Source: Geodia barretti
Lineage: Eukaryota
Assembly: GCA_030341885.1 (NCBI GenBank)
Contig: CASHTH010001844.1
Span: 1 to 61,629, forward strand
DNA: 61,629 nucleotides
Direction of reading: 5' to 3'
Made by a program: the position numbers and the translations under genes. The notes below the pieces were generated by a model. That model was not told where the DNA came from. It searched no databases and saw only the letters and a list, made by a program, of their open reading frames with translations. This document shows, in pieces, positions 21,335 to 29,760 of the stretch (position 1 is the stretch's first letter; each line of letters starts with the position of its first letter).

Positions 21335-21499
21335 ACTGGCCATATGTGGCAGAGTTGACTCAGAGTTTGCAGGAGGAGTGGAGAAGGCAGTGGCCTATTT
21401 CAACCAAACTGAGTCCCGCCACCCCAGTCTGTGTGCCAGACTGGAGCTGGGCTATAGCTGGGAGGAGGCGGCCAGGAACATCATCTCACAATGTCTGTG
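21335..21499 (+). CDS. R-SNARE gene terminal exon
   Basis: tcttacag| acceptor. In phase it gives (R)LAICGRVDSEFAGGVEKAVAYFNQTESRHPSLCARLELGYSWEEAARNIISQCL* with stop TGA at ~21497. Confidence 0.4.
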
Positions 21500-21951
21500 A
21501 ACTGACATTTTTATCAGTAGCATAGAGCAAACAGGGACTGAATTTTTAAGCAACACTTTGCATGTGATGTTGTTCGTACGTAGATTTTTTGCTTGCTGCA
21601 TTTTTACACTGTACGGCCCCAACGGCACACGATTGTGCGCATGCGCCAACAATTATTTTGCTGGCGGGGGAGGTTCCCTTGGGTGTTGCGCTCGAGCCCT
21701 GACGTTTTTGCTACAAGACGCCGTAGGAGAGAGAGATCAGGGTCGAGCTGAGAGGCACGGGACTCGCAAGTGTGTAAGGTAAGGGCTGGTATTCACGGCG
21801 GTCGGTTCTGTCAGAACCTTTTGCAATTGGCGAGAGCCTGTCACCAGTAAACCAAAACTTTCCGGGCTTGTTTGGTCTGACAGACCAACAGAACAAGCGC
21901 AGAGTAATTTTTGATTTATCTAATATATTATACAGCCTTTGAAAGTCGGCC

Positions 21952-22024
21952 ATGGAAGCAGAGAAACAAAAAGGTGATGAGGCGTATCTCAAGGTTGGAG
22001 AGATCATCACTGATGATGTCACAG
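21952..22024 (+). CDS. SH3-PTB-Roc/COR-death-domain gene, exon 1 (start)
   Basis: ATG at 21952. Translates MEAEKQKGDEAYLKVGEIITDDVT, then donor G|gtattg (phase 1). Confidence 0.45.
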
Positions 22025-22214
22025 GTATTGTCATGCATGACAGAGAGATAATTATGCGTTACGATCACCTCATGAATTGCAGGAAGATGTTTGCTGTGTA
22101 TGTTCTGTTTGTCTGAGTTGGTCTGTCCCATTATTTACACTCCCCCTATATCTCCCAACTTATGTGAGTGGCTAAAAGAAAGTAAAGGTGTAAATATTAT
22201 ACTGCATGTTTCAG

Positions 22215-22307
22215 TGGCAGCAAGGAGCTGGCAGGTGGACCCCACAACCCTTGCCACACCCTCAGAGCAAGCTCCCAGTGAATTGACTGTGGTTACCGAG
22301 GAAGCAG
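22215..22307 (+). CDS. exon 2 of the same gene
   Basis: gtttcag| acceptor and G|gtatct donor. Translates (V)AARSWQVDPTTLATPSEQAPSELTVVTEEA. Phases match on both sides. Confidence 0.45.
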
Positions 22308-22372
22308 GTATCTCTCTCTGTGTCCCCCTCCCTCTCACTCTCTCACATTGTCTCTCTCGTGCCTGGACTCAG

Positions 22373-22458
22373 GTGAAGTGGACAAGGTCAGAAGAGCCAA
22401 GGTGTTGTACAGATTTGAGGCAGAGGACCCAGGTGATCTAACACTGGAACCGGGACAG
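22373..22458 (+). CDS. exon 3: N-terminal half of the SH3 domain
   Basis: gactcag| acceptor and CAG|gtgaga donor. Translates GEVDKVRRAKVLYRFEAEDPGDLTLEPGQ, with the SH3 ALYDFEA...EL.F..GD signature. Confidence 0.65.
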
Positions 22459-22745
22459 GTGAGAGCAGTAGTTCATTTCCTAATACTCTCCTTACATGTG
22501 CCATCAACCGTAATCTTGTATACTTCGACCGCACTTTGCCTGTTAGCATACAGTGGAGGCATCTGATGTTACAACAGAGGGCGAATAAGTCCTGCTATCC
22601 CTAAAATGCTACACTATCTACTAGTCCAGCTAGCCCATGTCAGACTCTCAGAAAGCTAGAGAGACCCCACAGCCCAGATCATCGATTAACACCTCAGACC
22701 CAAACTAGATGGCTGGGTTAACTATTATGCTTTCTCTCTCTGCAG

Positions 22746-22926
22746 ATAGTTGATGTGTTGTGGGATAAAGATGACAGCAGGTGGAGAGGCCGAATTGGAG
22801 AAACTGAAGGCTTTATCCCTGCCAGCTATGTGGAAGTCCTCAACGATGAAACTGCATCTTCTAACTCCACTGACCAACCAGCCATTCAGCCTAAGGATCC
22901 TTCAAGAGCAGGCGACTTTAGTGCTG
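22746..22926 (+). CDS. exon 4: C-terminal half of the SH3 domain plus linker
   Basis: ctctgcag| acceptor and G|gtaaga donor. Translates IVDVLWDKDDSRWRGRIGETEGFIPASYVEVLNDETASS... Confidence 0.65.
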
Positions 22927-23839
22927 GTAAGATTTGCAGAAACTCATGCTTCTGCATAAGGAACTTTGTGGTTTTTTTTTCCTGAGTGGTCCCTCTCTTG
23001 GGAGGCCCCTCCTATCATTACAGACCAGAAGCCTTTTGCATGGCTGCACTTCCCATACAAACTTACATACTTCAGCCAGAGACCACCTCAAGAACACAAC
23101 CACTGACTGTCAACCTGCGCGCACATCGCACAGGGCGGAAGAGGGTCTGGTGATATTTGCGTGGTTTCGTGACGACCGGATAGTGCATTTTTCAAGCCAC
23201 ACACACTGAGTTTGGTAGCTAAGGTATATACCCCAAAGATGCCCTCCAAGAGTCCATTAAGAACTTGACATTTATTGATCATCGATACTGTTTATACAAA
23301 GGTCTCTGGTGTTGGAGTGGTTCTTGTGATAGTCTGCTTGTTTCTAATTCTTGGTAATGGCAGTGAAGTGGACAGGCCGGGATGGGCACCAGGCCATGTC
23401 ATCTATCTTCCTTCTCTCAGCACAGCTTACTCTACATACTTCAGTGAACATAGGAATGTACGGAATGTGCCTTTCATCATGTACTATGAAAGCTCGTCCC
23501 ACCCTACTACCCCTCTGCTGCATGTGGGTGTCAACAAATATGTTTGCATTGCTAGTGCACCAGGGATTTACGCTTCAGCGCTTGTCATTTGGTATGGATT
23601 TACACCCTGTCATTCATGGATTCAGATGTGTGCGTAAGTAAGTATTCTAGAATGGTCACATACCACCTACATACAAGGGTTTGCCCTTTCATTAGAAAAA
23701 GGCTATTAATCTGGCGTGTGCACATGCATGCAAAGCCATTTGTACCGCTTTGTGGCATGCATATTGTGTGTGGAAGCATTTTTAGCATATCCTCTTTTTT
23801 TCTTCCCCCCCCCCTCTATATTCCCCTTAAAACAAATAG

Positions 23840-26233
23840 GGGTACCTGCCTATGCTATAACAAGCATGGGCAACAACATTGGATCCTGCCTCATACAATT
23901 CACTGATACAGCACTCACGGTCAAGTTCTTACACACCAATGTCACTTTCTCCTGGCCGTACAATATCATCCGCAAGTTTAAAGTATATAATTACTTTTCC
24001 TTTGTCTCTGGTCGCCGAGGGCCGTACGGAGTTGCAGAGTACAATTTTGTCATGACAGAGAAGGCACTGGTATTAGTAAAACACACCCTCACTCAGATTA
24101 CTTCTACTGACTTTCCAAATGATGAGGTTTCTAGTGAAGGAACTACGGTAGGTGAGCAAGACTTTATAGAATTGCTTAAAGATGAGTCAAGAGTATTCTT
24201 TGAAGAAGCCATGAAGCAGGGCTATGTGAATGTTACACTAGTGAAAGTGATTGTGGAGGGACCTGCAGGTGTCGGCAAAACCTCAGTCGTTTACCTTCTC
24301 CTTGGTAAACCGCCTCCAAAAGATAGACACAGTACTGGCTGCGCTGAGCGAGCAATTCGAGTGATACGCTTGGGTAAGGAGGGAGAAGAGTGGAATGAAA
24401 TCACCACAGAAGAATTTGAGAAGATGATTTCAGAAGCAGTTCCTGTTCACCTTAAAGCAAAGGAAGAAGGAATGAAGAAGTTATTGGAGGCATTGGAAAA
24501 ACATTTTGAGGAAAGCGAGGAGGAAGATGAGGAATTGAATGGAGATACTTGTGAAGAAAACAAGGAAGAGGAAAGTAGTGCCCACGATACTGACGCAGTC
24601 ATTGATGAAGTAATCAAGAAGCTAACTCGACTGGTGGGTGGTGGGAAATCGTCACATCGTCTCCAGGACATGGAGTTGATCTACCTAACCGACACAGGTG
24701 GCCAGCAACCGTTTTGGGACCTCATCCCGATATTCGCATCCGACACGTCAGCCACCCTCTTTGTCCACCGGGTCTGCGAAAAGCTTGACGAACACCCCCT
24801 CAACGACCTCTACCAGACAGGTAAGCGGGTTGGTCCTAGCCAGCGAGCCACACTCACTACTGCCGAGGCCTTTAAAGCAATGCTTCGAGGCCTGCACGAA
24901 GGGGAAGGAAAGTCCTCCAAGATGATTGCCGTCGGAACGCACCGGGATTTAGCAGATGATTGCGAAGAGACACTGGAAGAAAAGAACAAGAAGTTTGCTG
25001 CAATAGCGTCGCCTCACTTTGAGAAAGATGTCGTTTTCAGAAATGATGCCATGCAGGAGATAATTTTCCCAGTCAATGCGAAAACTCCAGACGACGAGAA
25101 AGAGGCGCGTAAAATCAGAGCCAGCATTGAACAGGGAGCCACACAACACAAGATTCCGATATGGTGGTTCATCCTCCAGATGATCCTGGAAGCACTAGCT
25201 CACAAGCTCGGAAGAGATGTTCTAAGCAAAGACGAATGCGTCCGCATTTCAGACACGCTGGGGTTCGTGGAGGGAGAACTGGATGCTGCACTCGCCTTCT
25301 TTGACAAGCTCAACATTTTCCTCTACAAGAAGAGCATTCTTCCCAGAGTTGTGTTCACCAATCCGCAAGTCCCCATGGGCAACCTCTCAAGGCTCGTGAA
25401 GAAGCAGTACCACCTGAAAGCTGCAGAGGCCGATCCAACAAAAGCTACATGTGTGGCAATAAGCGGTCAGTGGAAAAACTTCCGCGACTGTGGAATCCTC
25501 ACTCCCGAATGTCTCAATGAATTCAAGGCTGACTATGTAGATGGGATCTTTAATCCTACGGATTTTCTGACATTGCTCGAAAACCTCCTTGTCATCTCCC
25601 AATTGTCCGCGAATGAGTACTTCTTTCCGGCAATTCTCAGCATGACCACTGAAACCAAGATTAACGCGTGCCTCATGTCATCCAGAACAACCAAGATAGC
25701 TCCTCTGGTGGTGGAGTTCCCCACCGGCTGGGCTCCTCCCGGTGTCTACTGCTGCAGTGTGTGCCACCTTCAGTCCCACTCTGGCTGGAAAGTGGTGAAG
25801 AAACCGCCCATCAAGCCACGCAGCAGGAGTTCAAATGCACCCCCCGCACAGCACCACTCAATTTCTCGCAACTGTATTGAATTCACCAAAGTTGGCAGGC
25901 CTGGTTCAGTGACACTCGTCGATAACTTTTCTTCGTTTGCGGTGTGTGTTAACATAGACACCAGCAAGATGGAGCGAGAGGATTTAGCTCAGCATTGCCA
26001 GGCCATCAAGACCGAGATCTTTGCCGCAGTCGATGCAGCCCTGGAGAACACCCACCACAAAGACACCCACCCAACCTCTGCTTTCCTCTGTCCCAGACAG
26101 GAGGACGCCTCTTGCAGCACTAAACTGCACGTTGCACACCTCTCCAGTAATGGGAAGCAGTGGATATGCTCTGCCAACAGTGGAGTATTCGACTATCTCA
26201 CTCCTGACCAGACATTGTGGCTCAGTGGAACAG
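23840..26233 (+). CDS. exon 5 (~800 aa): IRS-type PTB domain, then P-loop GTPase (Roc-like), then COR-like region
   Basis: The acceptor aaatag|GG fits the phase-1 donor of the SH3 exon. PTB evidence: GSCLIQFTDTALTVKF...FSWPYNIIRKFK...FSFVSGRRGPYGVAEYNFVMTEKALVLVKHTL, against Dok/IRS PTB FSWPYRLLRRYG..FSFEAGRRC.SGEG.F.F. GTPase motifs: G1 GPAGVGKTS, G3 DTGGQ, G4-like VGTHRD, G5-like VNAKT. COR-like: IPIWWFILQMILEALAHKLGRDVLSKDECVRISDTLGF. Donor G|gtgcgt. Confidence 0.65.
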
Positions 26234-26294
26234 GTGCGTTATTAGCATGATGATGGATTCGTCATAATAATATTATTCTTTGCTTTTCTCATAG

Positions 26295-26590
26295 AACCTG
26301 TTGTTCATTCAAAGACTTCACATCCTAAACTCAGTGATCTGGCAAATCGCGTCGCAGCTATCATTCCCCACAAGTGGAAGGAAGTTGCTATTCAACTGGA
26401 TCTCAGCAAAGGTGAGAGGAAGGCCATAGAGAGTGACGAAGACAAATCCTTTGATCGATTTGTTGCCGTTCTCGAACAATGGAGGCAATCAGCCATTGTG
26501 CCCTACACTTGGAAGACAATTGTCAATGTCTTAAAGTCAGCATCTGTTGATGAGACAAGGTTGGCAGAGGAACTGGAGAAAAACTTTTGC
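26295..26590 (+). CDS. exon 6: death domain (terminal)
   Basis: ctcatag| acceptor in phase. Translates EPVVHSKTSHPKLSDLANRVAAIIPHKWKEVAIQLDLSKGERKAIESDEDKSFDRFVAVLEQWRQSAIVPYTWKTIVNVLKSASVDETRLAEELEKNFC*. This has the death-domain six-helix signature (W..LA..LG...I..I......R.VL..W). Confidence 0.65.
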
Positions 26591-26711
26591 TAGATCCGTT
26601 TTTGCACTACAGAAACTACCAATTTTGCACATGCGTGCAAAGTTAACCCGCGAGGGACGCGGATCCCTCGCGAGTAGTTTGCGCAGCATCACACAACAAC
26701 AAAGACAGAGA

Positions 26712-29162
26712 ATGCAGCAGCTCATATCCCGGTTGCTCTCGCCGCCTGGACGACGTTTCCTGTACAGCAATGGGAGGGAGAGGGAGCCGGAGCCGTCAGA
26801 ATCCGACCACCCTCTCGTGGGGGAGCAGATTTCCTTCACTCGAGCCCCGAGCATTACACCGCGGGAAGATGGCCGGTGCCTGGCCGTCTTTACGAGCGGT
26901 GGGGACGCCCAGGGAATGAACTCGGCGCTCAGAGCGGTCGTGAGGATGGCCATCTTCAGCGGAGTCCGCGTCTTTGCCGTGCGAGAAGGCTACAAGGGGT
27001 TGGTGGAGGGAGGGAAGCACATCGAGGAGTTCCGGTGGGCGTCCGTCTCGAACATTCTTCACAAGGGCGGCACAGTCGTCGGCACGGCTCGCTGTAAGGA
27101 GTTCAGAGAGCGGGAAGGTCGCCTCAAAGCCGCGGAGAACCTAGTGCAGCGCGGGATCAACAACCTAGTAGTGATTGGCGGAGACGGAAGCCTTACAGGC
27201 GCCAATCTCTTCAAGAAGGAGTGGGAGGGTCTGCTGGCTGAGCTGGAGGAGGCCGGACGCCTCACCAGAAGCCAAGTCGAAAAGTGCAAGTACTTGAACA
27301 TCGTGGGGCTAGTGGGGTCCATCGACAACGACATGTGTGGGACGGACATGACTATCGGCACCGATTCAGCTCTCCACCGCATCATCGAGGCCGTTGACTG
27401 CCTAACTAGCACTGCCGCCAGCCACCAGAGGAGCTTTGTACTGGAGGTAATGGGCCGTCACTGTGGGTACCTCGCACTGATGGCTGGGATTGCTGGCTGT
27501 GCGGACGCCGTGTTCATCCCCGAACGCCCTCCTAACCCAGGATGGGAGGACAGCATGTGCTACCAGATCGCCCAATGCCGAGATGCAGGGCGAAGACACA
27601 GTCTCGTTATCGTCTCCGAAGGGGCAGTGGATTCAGAAAACAGGCCGATAACTTCGGAGCAGATCCGGGACATCCTGCAGGCAAAGTTGGGCCACGACAC
27701 GAGGATAACTGTCCTCGGCCACGTTCAGAGAGGGGGGAAGCCGTCGGCGTACGATCGCATCATCAGCGCGCGAATGGGTGCAGCTGCAGTCATCACCCTC
27801 CTGAACGCGGAAGGAGAGATCCCTCCAAAGATGATCGGTGTTCAGGGCAACGTGATCATGCAGCTCCCGCTCATGGACTGCGTGACGAAGACGCGGGCCA
27901 TAGATACTGCGATGAAGACGTGCGAGTTCAAGCAGGCCCTCGAGCTGCGCGGAAGGTCATTCAAACGAAACATGGAACTCTTGCGACGCCTCGAATCCTG
28001 TCGAAACCCCGAGTGCGGAAGCGAAGAAGACATTCTCTCCCCAACGCCCGTCCGCAGATTCAAATTTGCAATCATGAACGTCGGTGCGCCGGCAGCAGGG
28101 ATGAACAGCTGCAACCGAGCCTGCATCCGTCTCCTGCTGTACAAGGGACACACGGTGCTGGGGGTGGGCAACGGGTTCTCGGGTCTTTTGGACGATGACA
28201 TCACCGAAATGTCGTGGGATTCGGTGACGAATTGGGCCGCCGAGGGCGGGTCTAACCTGGGAACAAACAGGATTAAGCCTACTGCCCACACGCTGCCAGA
28301 GATTGCTGCGAAATTTGGGGAGCACCATATCGAGGGGCTTCTGATCGTTGGAGGCTTCGAGGCGTATCACAGTCTCATAATCCTGGAGGAGAACAGAAAA
28401 CTCTACACGGCTTTCCGCATTCCTCTCCTCGGGGTGGCAGCCACCATCAGCAACAACGTCCCCGGTACGGAATACAGTCTCGGTTGCGACACTGCCCTCA
28501 ACACAATCGTCAGTTCTTGCGACATCCTCCGTCAATCGGCACAGGGCAACCGCAAACGTGTTTTCGTCGTCGAGACGATGGGCGGTTACTGTGGCTACCT
28601 CGCAACCATGGCAGCTCTCGCAGGAGGCGCCGACGCAGCGTACATCTTCGAAGAGAAGTTTACCATCTCAGACATCCAGAGGGACGCCGATTACCTCGTC
28701 GGGAAATTCAAAGACGGCCTCGAACGTGGTCTACTCTTGCGAAACGAAAAGTGCAACGAGAATTTCACCACAACATTTATCACTGAGCTCCTATCGGAAC
28801 AGGGTAAAGGTGTTTTCATCTGCCGCGACAGCCTTCTCGGGCACCTACAGCAGGGAGATGCACCAACTCCCTACGATCGTATCCTCGGAGTCCAGTACGC
28901 TGCCCACACCGTCGATTTCCTGCAGAAACACGCTCAGGAGAATCTGAATTCGCGGGATAAAGTCCGTGCCGAGAATGCCGAATCGGCCTGCATGATCGGG
29001 CTCCAGGGAACGAAATTCCAGGCAATTCCGCTGCAGAAACTGGCAAAGGATACGGATTTCGAGCACAGGATCCCCACGCACCAGTGGTGGATGAGCCTGC
29101 GTCCACTCATCGCGATATTCGCCAAGCACAAGGAGCACGATTTCCGTGGAGAGACCCGCTAG
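26712..29162 (+). CDS. PFK: ATP-dependent 6-phosphofructokinase (eukaryotic tandem-duplicated ~800-aa type), intronless
   Basis: Single uninterrupted ORF. The ORF track starts it at 26547, but that overlaps the upstream gene's terminal exon. The first ATG after that gene's stop is 26712 (MQQLISRLL...). Both PFK halves are present: LAVFTSGGDAQGMNSALRAVVR, GGDGSLTGA, GSIDNDMCGTDMTIG, HQRSFVLEVMGRHCGYLA in the N-half, and IMNVGAPAAGMN, VGGFEAYHS, ETMGGYCGYLATM in the C-half. Confidence 0.9.
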   Translation: MQQLISRLLSPPGRRFLYSNGREREPEPSESDHPLVGEQISFTRAPSITPREDGRCLAVFTSGGDAQGMNSALRAVVRMAIFSGVRVFAVREGYKGLVEGGKHIEEFRWASVSNILHKGGTVVGTARCKEFREREGRLKAAENLVQRGINNLVVIGGDGSLTGANLFKKEWEGLLAELEEAGRLTRSQVEKCKYLNIVGLVGSIDNDMCGTDMTIGTDSALHRIIEAVDCLTSTAASHQRSFVLEVMGRHCGYLALMAGIAGCADAVFIPERPPNPGWEDSMCYQIAQCRDAGRRHSLVIVSEGAVDSENRPITSEQIRDILQAKLGHDTRITVLGHVQRGGKPSAYDRIISARMGAAAVITLLNAEGEIPPKMIGVQGNVIMQLPLMDCVTKTRAIDTAMKTCEFKQALELRGRSFKRNMELLRRLESCRNPECGSEEDILSPTPVRRFKFAIMNVGAPAAGMNSCNRACIRLLLYKGHTVLGVGNGFSGLLDDDITEMSWDSVTNWAAEGGSNLGTNRIKPTAHTLPEIAAKFGEHHIEGLLIVGGFEAYHSLIILEENRKLYTAFRIPLLGVAATISNNVPGTEYSLGCDTALNTIVSSCDILRQSAQGNRKRVFVVETMGGYCGYLATMAALAGGADAAYIFEEKFTISDIQRDADYLVGKFKDGLERGLLLRNEKCNENFTTTFITELLSEQGKGVFICRDSLLGHLQQGDAPTPYDRILGVQYAAHTVDFLQKHAQENLNSRDKVRAENAESACMIGLQGTKFQAIPLQKLAKDTDFEHRIPTHQWWMSLRPLIAIFAKHKEHDFRGETR

Positions 29163-29760
29163 CTAGTGACCCATGCAGTGTGTAGGAGTATGTGTGTTCA
29201 GCCAAGCTGCATCTGTAGGAGTCGTGTAACGGCATTCCATGCTGTTGTGTATGTATATTAGTAAAATTAGGATCATCCCGGTTCGTTTGTGCCCACCTGT
29301 CTGACAGATGGATAACAGTTATGTTGTATGTCAGCACTAAGAACTTGCTTTCTCAGGTGTACATCCGCCACAGTAAGTAAACACACATGAAGGAAATGAT
29401 ATAAAACAACGTTGCTCCGAATGGCACACTTAATAAGGGTTTCTACATGGGCCTAGTTGTCATGTGGTCCTATTTTCCTTCAAATGGGGAGAGGTTGAAC
29501 TCAGTTTGGGTGGGGGGCAATCCTTATATTGTGAATTGTGCGCTTCACAACAATATATAGGAAAAGCCGACATGAAATGATCAATACGCCCTATTAATTT
29601 GCAGAATACAGAGTTTTCATTATCTGGGAAACGTGATAATAATCAAGAAGGGTACAAAACAAAAATAAACTGGGTAGCTCCTGTACAAAACTAGGTTTTA
29701 AATAGAAAAAAGGGGTTTTACAGCAAGTTTACAAATGCTGGCTGGTTTGCTAAAAAAAAT

